Shown here: positions 1-11,194 of the stretch, one piece after another
Layout: each line of letters starts with the position of its first letter
How positions within the stretch are numbered: the first letter of the stretch is position 1
DNA from: Lama glama
Taxonomy: Eukaryota
Length of the DNA stretch: 64,000 bases
Direction of reading: 5' to 3'
NCBI GenBank assembly: GCA_028534125.1
Contig: CM052817.1
Location: 6,636,001-6,700,000 of the forward strand
Position numbers and translations under genes: made by a program
The notes under the pieces: model-generated
The model's input: only the letters and a program-made list of their open reading frames with translations
Databases searched by the model: none
What the model was told of the DNA's origin: nothing

Positions 1-60
1 TATTTTCTATGTCTGTGAGTCTGTTTCTGCTTTGTAAAAAGCTCATTTGCATCCTTTTTT
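1..60 (-). mobile_element. Young L1 3'UTR fragment, cut by window edge
   Basis: TTTTCTATGTCTGTGAGTCTGTTTCTG...GTAAA..TCATTTG matches the L1 copies at ~17.25 kb, ~33.74 kb and (reverse) ~51.5 kb. Confidence 0.75.
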
Positions 61-156
61 TCTTCATGTATTTTTTAAAGACATTTTAGAACAATTATAC
101 TCACCACGTGGACTTCCAGTAATGCTGATATCTCAGTTGAAGTGATGGCAGTTGGG

Positions 157-736
157 TGTGTTAGTTATATACATCTGTGTAACAAAGTAATCCTAAAGTT
201 AGTGTCTTCCCATAACACACATCTACTGTTTCAGTTTCTGTCGATCAGGAATCGAAGCATGGCTAAGCTGGGCCCTCTGCCTCAGAGCAGCTCCAGTTCT
301 AATCAAGGCGTCTGTCTGGACTGCAGTCCTGTCAAGGCTCAGTGGAAGAGGGTCTGCTTCCAAACTCACTCACTCGGCTGTTGGCAGGATTTAGTTCTCT
401 GCAAGTTGTCAGACGAGGGCCTAGCTCCTTGCTGGCCGTTCTAGGGCCTCCCTCAGTCCCTTGCCACATGGCCTCTCCATAGTGCAGTGGGCTTCCACTG
501 AGTGAGCCAGTGAGACACCAAAAGTGCATCCCACATGGAAGGTAGAGTCTTGTGTGTCGCATGCAGCTTGTTATAAATAAGTCATCCCACATGGAAGGTA
601 GAATCTTGTGTGTCGCATGCAGCTTGTTATAAATAAGTCACTCGGTCCAGCCATATTCTAGGGAACGAGGTTACTGGAAAGTGTGAAGCCTGGAAGGCAG
701 GGATTTTGGCAAGTTTAGAAGCTGCCTGTGCCAACA
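157..736 (-). mobile_element. ERVL-MaLR solo LTR (MLT1E/F-like)
   Basis: TG...CA ends; MLT1 motifs CAGTTTCTGT.GATCAGGAAT, GGCTAAGCTGGG, CCACATGGCCTCTCCA; antisense to the copy at 5072-5650. Confidence 0.75.
527..640. repeat. 56-bp tandem duplication (2 copies, 1 mismatch)
   Basis: CATCCCACATGGAAGGTAGA(G/A)TCTTGTGTGTCGCATGCAGCTTGTTATAAATAAGT at 527-582 and 583-638. Confidence 0.95.
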
Positions 737-792
737 AGCAAGTCCATCCGTGAGGAGGCAGTGACATCGACCTAATGCTTGGTCAACCACAA

Positions 793-876
793 TGGTAAGA
801 TGCCTCCAATTGTGGGATAATCCCAAATTCAGAAATATTAAAATGTGAAAAACAAATCTTAAAGTCGGTGAAAACA
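793..876. mobile_element. Tc1/mariner MITE fragment (MER104-like)
   Basis: AAGATGCC..ATTGT..ATCCC.AATTCAGAAATATTAAAATGTGAAAAA..TCTTAAA.TCG.TGAAA resembles one MER104 arm. Confidence 0.5.
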
Positions 877-1699
877 AGATGTTATTTCCTTAAATCTTGG
901 ACTCCACAGAGGAGTTTCAAATGGCAAAGTTCTCCACTGAATTTACTGAAAATGTAGGCGGAGAAGGAAGCGTTTACCGGCCCCAGGTGACACAAGAGCA
1001 AGGGCGACGTGTTACTTTTAAACTTCCACATCTCAGTATTAAGGGTTAAGCTAAGTTTTAAAGTTTTCTTTTGCATTTGTTTTATTATAGAGTAATACTT
1101 GTTCATGATAGCTAGTTTGGAAAATCACAGAAAATTAGAAAGAGGAAAAAAAAGACAATAATTCCACTACCCGAAGGCAATTCCCAAAATAAGACTGTGT
1201 AGGTAATAGCTGAAATTAAAAAAAAATAGAAATTGCCAGTTTGTTGTACAGGGTATTTCTAAATCCATAGCACATAAAGTTGTTTAACTTTATTAAACAT
1301 AGCCCCTACTATATGCTTGGGTTTCTAATTTCCTAAGAACAGGGACAAGCAAGGGCTGGATCTCTGACCTAAAAAAAATCAATTAGTATATAATACTTCA
1401 ATATTTACTTTATATAGAAAAAGAACAAATGCATTCTTGTCCGATGAGGCATGAGAATCTGAAGAAGGGCCAGTAGTCAAGCAGCCTGCGCTTCCACCCA
1501 GTTCTTGAACCAGGAATGAAGACGTGGGTTTGAGAGGAACGGGTAGGTCTTTGTTTAGCTCCACTAGACTCCTATGCATCTTCCTCATCACAACACCCTC
1601 CCTCCTTCCCCAAAGTCACCCAGTCTCCTGACTTTTAAAATTAGAGATTACATTTGCAAACTGGAATGTTATGAAGATGCAATCATCCAGTATTCTTCT

Positions 1700-2310
1700 G
1701 TGTCTCAGTCCTTTCATTCAACATTATTTACGAAATTTACTTATGCCGTTGCTTGGAGATGAAGTTCATTGTTACTGTTGAACAGTAGCGTATGGTAAGA
1801 GTATCCTGAATGTTTTTAATCCTGTTGTAGATGGTATTCAGGTTGTTTCCAGTTTAGGACTTTCCCAAACCATGCATATGTGAACACTCTAGTGCATGTT
1901 TTGTGGGTGCATCAGTGCAAGCCTTTATGTCTGCTTTACACTTGGGAGTGGGATAGCTGCATTGCAGGGCTTGCAAGAGCCCAACTCGAGTGGTTAACAC
2001 CCTGTTTTCCAAGGAAGGTGGGCTGACTCCCCGCCAGTAGCATGCATGTGGGTTTCCATTGCGCAGCTTTCTCTCCAGTACTTGGTATCCCCAGTCTGTC
2101 TACTCTCAGGCCCTCTGTGGAGTATGGAGTGCTGAGCCATTTTGCTTTTAATTTGGACTTGTGTGATTGCAAATGAAACTGAGCACTTTTTCTATGTTTA
2201 ATGACTAGTTGGATAACTTCTTTTATGAGGTGCCTAGTCCTGTCTTTTACCCCTTTTTCTATTGTGTTTTTGTCTTTTTATTATTGATTTATAGAAGATC
2301 TTTACATATT
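1700..2310 (-). mobile_element. Old L1 (L1ME-like) ORF2-end/3' region
   Basis: GGTTGTTTCCAGTTT, TGTGAACACTCT.GTGCATGT, TGAGCACTTTTT.TATGTTTA, TTATTGATTTATAGAAG are antisense L1 motifs. Confidence 0.7.
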
Positions 2311-2476
2311 TGGGGCAAGTTACTGTGCTTCTGTATTCTTGTCTACAAAATGGGAATAATAATACTACCTACCTCACATGATGCTGTTGCAAGGAGTATA
2401 TCAGTTAATACCTGTAAAACTTAGAACCCTATGTGGCACATAGCCAGTGTTCCATAAATGTTGACTCTTGTTATTA
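2311..2476 (+). mobile_element. MIR SINE (core and tail)
   Basis: GGGCAAGTTACT...CTACAAAATGGGAATAATAATACTACCTACCTCA...TGGCACATAG. Confidence 0.8.
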
Positions 2477-3701
2477 GCCAGGTTCACGGGGCTGGCAGAT
2501 TGTGGGCACAAAACTCCAAAGAGGCCTTCTAACTTCCATTCGCCAGACATTGCCTTGCAAACAGCAAGTGTATGCATCCAGAAAGACTGGAAACCACCAT
2601 ATTCACCCTGAACTGTGCCCACCCAGGGCCCCAGTGGAGCTTTAGCGGGGAATGCTGTTGCATTTTATTATGGTCACCATATACTCTTAAAAGTATTTAA
2701 ATTGTGCTTTCCCTCTGAGAACAAGGTAGCTTTTTAACTGAAAATTACTGAAGAAACATCGATCCCACAGCCACTGCATGGTATAATTGGCTTTTGGCAT
2801 GTTGATCTCAAAGTTTCAGCGGAAGGATTTTGCACCAGGAGGTTAAAAACAAACAAACTTTCCTCAAACACAAGAATTAAAGGTATTAAAAATTGAAGGA
2901 CATGCAAAGTGAGCAATGAAGTATTTTAGGCTAAGTGCTTATTCCTGCCTCATCCAACTCCCCTTGGTTCAGCAGCCACTCTAAGGAAAAAAGGGACAAT
3001 TTTTCTTTTCCACCCTATTGGGAATTACTTTTCTCCCAGTGTCCGAGGCAATAAGAATTTCTTATAAACAAACAAATAAACAAATTGTAATCAACCCGCC
3101 TTTGCTTCCTCCATCTGTGAAATGTTCACAGGTAGATTAAATAAATTCTTCTTCAAGGAGAGAAATATGTGGAGGGCCATAATTTAGACCAAACTTTACA
3201 ACCAAAAATGACAGACAATCTTTCATTTATTATTCCTCATGGAGAAGAGCTACTAATATCTTCCTTCTAGGTCCCTTAATTAAATTCGGCTTCTCATATT
3301 TTATTTTTTTTCTTGATTCGCTCCCTTTCATTCCTGGATTAACCTAGTTCTTCTTAGTTGAAGTTTCTCGACTGTTAAATTTCATTTAACTCATTTAAAT
3401 TTCTGGAGATTTCTTTCCCAAGTGGAAAGTTTGTTTATTTATTTATTTATTTTTTACTTCTCACCCTAGACAAGAAAACCATCCCACTTAGGTCAAACGT
3501 TCATTTATGAACATTCACACTGAAATGTGTCATCCTACATCAAAAGTATATGTGTGAATATACAGTGATTTTGGAAAGGCAGAGTTATTGGCCCAAGACT
3601 GTCAAGAAAATACTCGTGTCTACTCTTGAAGGCCCTTCTAAGGAGTTATGTCTTCCACAAAATCTTATCCTCTCAACTCCCACAGAATGTCTCCAAGGGC
3701 A

Positions 3702-4060
3702 CTGTAGTAAACTCTGTTATTTTTCCTGATATTTGCCCCTGTGACCCTGTGGAGGGTTGAACACACACCACCTGTGCTGTCTTACAGCGCCCCCTGTGGC
3801 AAGATGGTGCTTCTCCGTCCATGAGCGTCGGCATTGGCAATGTGACATGCTTCAGCCAATGAGAAGCAAGCAGAGCAGCCTCATCTGAGGGGAAGTTTTG
3901 CAGGCATCACAACGCTCTTGTTCTCCTCTCCCAAGTTCCTGTGTCCTGCTTCCAGAGTGAGAGGGCACATGGAGCCCCAGGAACCCAATTGTAGCCTCCT
4001 CCATGGCACACGGGCAAGAAATAAACGTCCAAGGCTTGGAGGTTGTTGGTTACCTCTAGT
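3702..4060 (+). mobile_element. Old MaLR LTR (MLT1I/J-like)
   Basis: ATGTGACATGCTTCAGCCAATGA, ACATGGAGC, CAAGAAATAAAC, GGTTGTTGGTTAC motifs. Confidence 0.55.
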
Positions 4061-4099
4061 CATTGAGATTCTGTATTTACTGGTCTCATTCAAGGGCAT

Positions 4100-4200
4100 T
4101 CCTTGAAGACAGAGAATGCATCTTTGTTGTTGGGTATCTGTGTAGTTTGGTGCTTGGCTGTCAGTAGGAACCAATAAAAGTTTGTTGGATAACTGAATGA
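4100..4200 (+). mobile_element. L2 3' end
   Basis: CTTGAAGACAGAGA...CAGTAGGAACCAATAAAAGTTTGTTGGATAACTGAATGA. Confidence 0.6.
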
Positions 4201-5071
4201 CTCAAGGAAGATCTCCAGCCATAAGCATCTACTCTCTTCTATGTCAGCTGTGCCTTTTGGAAAATGTTTCTCACCCGGAGCAGAAATCTGATCCTCCAGG
4301 ACTTCCACTAAGGGCATTGGCTCTATCCCTTGGGCTCACAGAAAACCAATGAGTACCTCCTCCAAAAGACAGCTCTCTGGTGTTTGAAAGCAGTGCCAGT
4401 CTCTGCTTCAGGAGTTCGCCTTTGCAGATTAAATATCCCCAGTCCTCTTCCTTTTTGTTATCGTCCATGCCTTCAACCTTCTCAACTGCCTTGGGGCTCT
4501 CCTTTGTACTTGCACAGATTTACCCATGTCCCCTCCAGAATGTGAGATCTGGAATTAGCATCAGCCCCTCAGAGCGGCACAAAGTGAGAAAGGGTTATCT
4601 CCTCTGGACTAATCCTCCATTAGGACTAATTGCACTGAATCTAAGACAGCCTTTGCTGTTCTTGGCAGCCACATCACACTTCTGACTCATTTTGAGTCAA
4701 CCGATCCCTTAAGCTTTATTCACAAGTCTTTATTACCAAGCTCTGCCCCAACTTGTGAAGTAGATTTAGGGGATCCAAATGTAGATCTTTGTTGAATTCT
4801 TTCCCTCATTTCATCTGGTTCATGGTTTCTGCCTATCTGGGTAAGGGAAAACTTCGACTTCTGGAAATGGGAACTCAGCTATTAGCCAACAAAAAGGAGA
4901 GACAACTTTATCTCTTTAACTCCGGCATGATTAGAGAGTCCCATGGTCTGATCCAGCAGACTGTACGTAACTACGTGATATAGTTCATTGCCAATCCTGT
5001 GGTGTCCTTGCTGAATTTCTCAAGGAGAATGGAAGAATATTGAGATCCAGCACCAACGAGCAGCTCTATTT

Positions 5072-5650
5072 ATGTGTGACAGACTCCAGGTGGCTCCAAT
5101 GGTCTCCAACTCGTAGGAGTCATGCCTTTGCATAATTCCCTCTGCTTGAGTGTGCATGTGTCCTCTGACTTCATGCAAACAGCTAGAATATGGCAAAGGT
5201 ATTGGGATATACATGGCTGCATGTACACAATTATATTACATGAGATTGTAACACTGCCTTTCTAGGAGACTCTCCCTTGCTGGCTATGAAGAAGCATGTA
5301 TGTTGTTAGCTGTTCTGTGGAGGAAGCCACATGGCAAGGAACTGAGAACAGATTCTAACTGACAGCCAGCAGGAAACTGAGGTCTTCTGCCATACAGCTT
5401 GCAAGAGAAATGGATGCTGTCAACAGTCACGTGGCCCTAGAAGAGGAACCTGCCTCAGTCGAAACTTGAAGCGACACTGCAGCCCTGGCCAATACCTTGA
5501 CTGCAGCTTTCAGATGAGACTCTAAAGTGGAGAAACCAGCAAAGCAAGACCTGGACTCCTGATCCACAGAATCTGTGATATGATAGATGCATGTTGCTTT
5601 AAATTGCGAAATTTCTTGTAAATTGTTACTCAGGAATATGTACATAATAT
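5072..5650 (+). mobile_element. MaLR solo LTR (MLT1E/F-like)
   Basis: TAGAATATGGCAAAGGT, CCACATGGCAAGGAACTGAG, GACAGCCAGCAGGAAACTGAGG, ACTCCTGATCCACAGAATCTGTGA. Confidence 0.8.
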
Positions 5651-5774
5651 TCCATAAACTTAAGTAATAGAAAGCAAATTCAGGTGGAAGCCAAGATATC
5701 ATGAGGCCCAGAGAACACACACTCATTGCCTTTTTTTGGTGGGTTAAACTGACTTACAAAACCTTTAATGAGAC

Positions 5775-6125
5775 CCATGTACCATATCACCGGGATATTA
5801 AAAGGCCACATTAATATCCAACCTCAGACAGTAGAGTTTTTTTCTAGTATTTGTTCAGAACGACCTTCTGCTCATCCATCCCATTCAATGGTCCCAGTTC
5901 TCCTCTTTCCCTGCCTTTGGATTCCTTGGTTCTATACCCGAGTCTGAACACCCTTTGATCTCGTAAATTTGATTCCCCACTGCAGCAGGGTTCCTAGTTT
6001 TTATTCCTCCTGTACTTTTATGGAGAGACATCTCCATCTTGGTTCTGCTATACCTACGTCTTCCAGGTCTGATTCTCCCAGACCGCCCGCCAAAGGAGAA
6101 GCATCTAATGTTCTAGACCCCTTAC
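5775..6125 (-). mobile_element. Relic of an RTE-clade LINE apurinic-endonuclease domain (MamRTE/L4-like)
   Basis: Minus-strand translation with frameshifts gives ordered motifs V*NIR, DVGIAEPRW, KGV, KLYCLRL, PFNIPVIWY, similar to RTE/BovB WNVR..ILGISELRW..NGV..RMISVRF..PFNITVIQVY. Confidence 0.45.
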
Positions 6126-6814
6126 TGTTGAAAAGCCTCCAGCCAGCAGTGTGACCTTCAGCACAATCACGGGTATTCCTGACGTCAGCAGGGTCACCTG
6201 GAGCCATTTTGTTATTTCCAGTGGGTTCTTTTCCTGTCTGAGCAAGCCTTATTATTGTCACCATCACATTAAAAACCTGCATATCCTCATGTACCAAGAG
6301 GAACTTGTAAGAACCAGTGGCTGGCTAAGAGCTGTTCGTGTACCCGTGCTGGTGGCCCGCGGGTGTGACCCGGCCATGCTCTGTAGCTCCAGGGAGAGTG
6401 CTTGGGTCCTGCCTGCCATTTCTGATGGCTCGGAGACTGGATGCCGGGGCCTGAGGGAGAAGTTGATGACTGGGCCTTTGGGGTTTCTACCAGCTATGCT
6501 ATATTTTACATGCAGCTGAGCTTGCCAGAGACAGAAAGGGCTCCTGGGTTTCTTTAGTCCTAATGCACTTTAAATACCGTGTATATGGAGGCAGAATCCA
6601 GCAGCCCAGTTTCTACTCACCCAGGCCCGTTCCTTAAAAGCAAAGGGACCTTGAGCTTAGGGACATGAGTCCTCCTCACAGACCTGACCTTTCAGGTTCA
6701 AGAAATTTCCCTTAATGTATTACTGCTGAGGAAAAACATATGCTACGAGCAACTCGAGGCATGCGCGTAGAAGGCCTTCGACTCATAGGGAGACAAGAAA
6801 TGGGACTGAGCTAA

Positions 6815-6925
6815 CCACTAATTTCAACCCTTAATTTTGCCAATAGAAAAACAGAGGCTCAGAAAGGTTAAATGCCTGGATGGAATTTATGCTGTTAATT
6901 CATGGCAGCGTCCAGACTTGATTTC
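6815..6925 (-). mobile_element. MIR fragment
   Basis: ATTTTGCCAATAGAAAAACAGAGGCTCAGAAAGGTTAAATG. Confidence 0.6.
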
Positions 6926-7532
6926 AGACGAGGGAGTCGTGGTGTTCTTTGAAAGGCCATAAAGAAATTAAAGTCCAGAGGAGAAAGTCAATCACTTCCA
7001 ATTACTCAGAGGAGAGGTGAGTTAGGACACAGACGGTCAGACCTGAGAGGACAGGCACCAGGCCCAAGGAGGACCATTCTCCGTCTCCCGTCTAGACTTT
7101 GAGGAGTCCAGACAACAGGCAGGGGCAAAAGCAGCCTCTGCCAGGCCGGGGGGACCGGGGTCTCGGAAGGGAAGGTGTCAGGCGTGATGGCCGTGTGGAA
7201 GGGCTAGCCTCTCGGACAAGGTTTTGATATTACAGGGCTATTTACTTCCTTGTGTCTGCTCCTGAGCATTTAGTAAAAGGCCTATTGATTTTCATTATTT
7301 TTATTTCCAGCCCGGCCTCAGCTGTACAGTGGGGAGCTAATGGAAAGGTCTTTTCTGTCTGGGCCAGAGTATCTGAGAAGATTACTACCCTCTGAGGCCA
7401 GCAGGACGGGGATAGCAGGAGCCAGAGAGGGATGCAAAGCAAAGGAGAATCTGAAAAATGAGGTCAGAGTCTCAGAATCAGGTGCTTCTTCCTCCAAGAT
7501 ACCCTCTTTCAAGCGCCCACCATGGAAGACTG

Positions 7533-7580
7533 TATTTTTTGTTGTTTTGTTTTTGTTGTTTTGTTGTTGTTGTTTTGTTC
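7533..7580. repeat. Imperfect (TTG)n / T-rich simple repeat
   Basis: Directly visible. Confidence 0.85.
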
Positions 7581-7889
7581 TTTGCCTACAATCCATTTAG
7601 GGCCCAGATTAAAGGCCTCCTCTATCACCAAGTCTCCAAGATTTCCCGTCCACCCCATCAGTTCTCTCTTCCACATCCCCATCGCCTTCACCTGGACATG
7701 GATGCCTGTGCTTGTAATCCACCTGGTTAGCTCTAAGTGGGTCTGCCCATCCTGCTAGATGACAATCTTTCTCAAGTCAGAGAAAGTACATTTTTAATAT
7801 AACATCACCCTCCTCTGGCCCCCACCCAAGGTGGCTAAAATAGTGACTTGATGGTGGCAGATAATCATGACATATGCAGTCTGTTAAGG

Positions 7890-8110
7890 AGAAATAGTGG
7901 CACATTGATGTTAAGCCTGTAGCCTCTGCAGTCACGTGACCTGAATTTGATGTGGCTCCAGTAAAGTGCTCAGCCTGTGGCTTCTGTCAGCATACTTGGC
8001 TTTCCTGGGCCTGATTTTCTTAATCTGTAAAGAGCAATGTTAATAGTACCTGCTCATAGGGGTTAGTGTGACTATTAAGGCAGACATTTCATGAGAAGCA
8101 TCTAGAGCAT
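7890..8110 (+). mobile_element. MIR SINE
   Basis: GTTAAG..TG.AGCCTCTGCAGTCA...TTTTCTTAATCTGTAAA...TAATAGTACCTGCTCATAGGG. Confidence 0.7.
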
Positions 8111-8728
8111 TGCATTATCCGCCATTCACAAATCATTCCAAAGGTAGATCACATTCACTGGGTTCTGTGGTCCAATGCTACGTGTGCAGTGACGTCCCAC
8201 CAGAGCATGGCTGCATCAGGCTGGAAGCTCTGGCCTGGCTCTGGCAACTCTCCCCAGTCCCGGCCCCTGACAGTTCCAGCACAACCTCCCATGCATCTCA
8301 GCTGTCCTCTCCCTGACACACTAAGGAGGTAGCCCAGGTCCTGGGTGCTTTTAAGTCAGTTTCCTTGCTTTGCTTCTGCGTGGGTCTCCCCATGCTGTGT
8401 CACAGAGACCCTCCATACAGGCCCTCCTTCCAACAGCTTACTTTCCTCTTTATTCAGTGCAAAGAGGTTTAGGATTCGAGTGGCCTCTCTGAGTCTACCT
8501 GGTGGCCGCTCTGCGGAGTCTAGGTTTTATTGTCTGACGTATCATGGGGGAGGCGGAATCGTGGTCCCTGGTGCCCAAGGGCAGGCAGTTGTGGCCTGAG
8601 GGTCTCCTGTCCTTTTCTGAGGGGCTGTTGATTGGGAGAAGGGTTCGCTTTGGGTGGGTTGGTGAGCAATACTTACCACGGCCTGACCTGCAGTATGAAC
8701 ACCTGTGGACATCGTGCTCCTTCTAGGT

Positions 8729-8918
8729 CAGCCGTTCTGCAAGTGTGGTCCAGGACTGGTACATCCAGCGTCACCTGAGAACTGGTTACGAATTCAAATT
8801 CTCAGACCCCACCCAAGACCTTCTGAATCAGAAACTCTGGGAGTGGGACCAACAACGTATATTTGTCCATCACAAGCCCTCCAGGAGATGCTGGCGTGTT
8901 CAGTACCTAGAACCACTA
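8729..8918. mobile_element. MER5A hAT-Charlie MITE
   Basis: CAAGTGTGGTCC, CAAATTCTCAGACCCCACCC.AGACC.TCTGAATCAGAAACTCTGGG.GTGGG, AAGCCCTCCAGG, AGAACCACT. Confidence 0.8.
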
Positions 8919-9020
8919 TCCAAGGCCTTCAAACCACCTTTTTCTGTGACGACACCGCCAATGTCTAGGGAAATCCCTGCTAAGCGTCTGTTTTGTACCT
9001 TTATCAGGGAAGAGACTTTA

Positions 9021-9195
9021 CAGTGGTGTTTCTCAAACCTCCACGATGACAAATCCTACGGTAAAACATGTCTAAAAAACTCATTCTCAGCTCTCACCCC
9101 GACCCTCAGAATCATAGTCACTGGAGGCAGCGACCGGGAAGCTACGTTTTCAACCAGAGTTGCAGCTGAATCTTATCAGTGGAGTTTCTGACACT
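9021..9195. mobile_element. Degenerate MER5-family MITE
   Basis: CAGTG..TTTCTCAAAC start, ATTCTCAG.TCTCACCCC, GTTTTCAAC. Confidence 0.5.
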
Positions 9196-9719
9196 CTTCT
9201 TGAAGGTGGGGTGGTGGCTGCACGCTGGGTGGACTCCTGTCATCTGACATGTTGGAGATGAGCGCTGAGGGGTCAGGAGCCGTCAGAGGGACAGACTGTC
9301 ATCAAGTTGTTCATTCTTTTTGGCCGCTTGAAGTGGAAAAAACACAGCAGTGGAGTCTGCATAGGAGCTGCATAAAATGTCTGTCCTGGCATCCTCATTT
9401 GTCCCTGGAATTCCCGGGCAGGTACAGTTGCAGCCTCTGTGTCCCTTGTCTTTACTTCCCTGAAGTCCTGAGCCTCTGCATGACCTGAAAGTGAGAATGT
9501 CCTTGCTCCCGGTGCCTCGGCCACGCTCAGCAGCCTTCTTCCTGCTCCCTGCCATCCGGCAGCATCCACTGTGGTGTGTCCTTTGTTCTGATTCCCACTC
9601 TTTTTCACTTTCCAGGCCTCCATCCTCCCTGGATAATGGGTCCCGTGCTGAAAGAAATTCTGCCCATTAGCTGTTTCCCATTGTTGTAAAGATAAAGTCC
9701 AGAATCCTACATGCAGCCT

Positions 9720-10075
9720 GGCCCTGCCCGCGGGGCTCAGGCAGAGACGTCCTCACAAGCACCAAGCCTGATGCGGCAACTTAGGTGAAGGGGGCGGTGG
9801 CTGAGGGGCTGTCAGGGCGCGAGAACCTAACAAGAGGCCGGAAGAGCAGAGGTAGAAACAGGTCACCGCCAGGGAGAGCTGGCCACCAGAGACGGCCGCA
9901 CAGGTCACTGAAGGGGTGCGGGCTGCCTGCTCAGGCTGCCGCGGTGGTGACAGCGACCTCTGTCCCCACACCACCACGTCGTTCTCTCAAGATCCAAACC
10001 CCGGAACTGGTACCAACTTGCCGAGCCCAGTCCACGAGCCAGCCTCCTGCCGCCCCAAGATGAGGCGAGACCTGT
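9720..10075. promoter_or_regulatory. Small CpG-enriched GC-rich patch (possible promoter/enhancer)
   Basis: About 22 CpG in ~350 bp by eye, against a CpG-depleted background; GC box GGGGCGG near 9791. Confidence 0.35.
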
Positions 10076-10094
10076 GTTGCTTTTCCTTCTCTAG

Positions 10095-10200
10095 TGAGAG
10101 GCGGCTGCTTCTCATCATGACTTCAGCTAACTGGGGTTTCCCACGTGGGAGACAGGGGGTGGGAGACAGGGGAGGCTGGTTGTCACAGAAGCTGAAACTG
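10095..10200 (+). other. Candidate 106-nt exon (non-coding?)
   Basis: Acceptor TGCTTTTCCTTCTCTAG ending at 10094; donor CTG|GTAAGT at 10201. Confidence 0.3.
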
Positions 10201-11194
10201 GTAAGTGTCTGCTGTGCTGATCCTCCGGCTTTTGACAATGCAGATATTTGGAGAAAAACATAAGTTACACGAGACTCAAAGTCTTTCTTGAAATTCATGG
10301 TAGCAAATGGCCTTCTCTTCCCTTTGCTTCCTAACCCTTCCCTCCAGTGCCTCTCTCTCCCCGCACCCACCTCCGTCTCCTTTCACTGGCAGCATTGTTC
10401 TTCTGCTCAGTATCAGAAAAGCTCTATATCCTTGGAGGTAAAAGTAGAAAGGCAATACTCTGAATTGTGAGAAAGGAGATTGGGAATCATGTTCGTGGAA
10501 GTTGCTGAATTAAAACTAGCAGGAATTTATTATCTTGTTTTGCGGTTGATTTGGGGTCCTTTTTGTCATTCCACAGCACATTTATATTAATTTTAAAAAT
10601 AGCTCCTTAGAGTTTGAGAGTGCTCCTAATCTTTAACCTAGATATTTCCCTGTGGATGTTCCTCCGTTTAAAAAAAAATTAAATAATTGGCGAGAAGGCT
10701 TATACAGAAAGATGCTCATTTCAGCTTTATTTGGAACAGCCTTCAAATTGGAAACAATCTAAGTAAGATGAATATCTATGTGGTATGCACACTTTATGGG
10801 ATACTATGCTTACAAAGCATTTAAAGTTTGTTTGTTAAAAAGTGAACTGAAAAAAAATCAGTGCATAAAATCTGATCATAATTATATGGAGGATGTTAAA
10901 GGAACAAAACTTACTAAGGGAGAAAACGCAGGAGTTGGACAGACAACATTATCACAGGACTTGCCTTTAGATGATAGGTTTATGGGTGATTCTTTTAAAA
11001 AAAGGTTTTGTTTGTCACCTCTTGCATTTCTTGAATTCCCCCAACTTTTACCCAGAACATGCATGTATTTCTTTACACCAAAATCTAATAGATTTTCGTC
11101 AGCAACAACAAGGACATGTCCTTCCTTGGGCATGCGCTCTGTGTGCTGCATTTTGCATTGGAGTCTTCTGGGATGGCCACCCTCTTGCTGAGAT

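Noticed and set aside
6737..6779. NdeI, XhoI, SphI and StuI sites within 41 bp, resembling a polylinker
   Set aside because: No vector sequence nearby; a few such palindrome clusters are expected by chance in 64 kb
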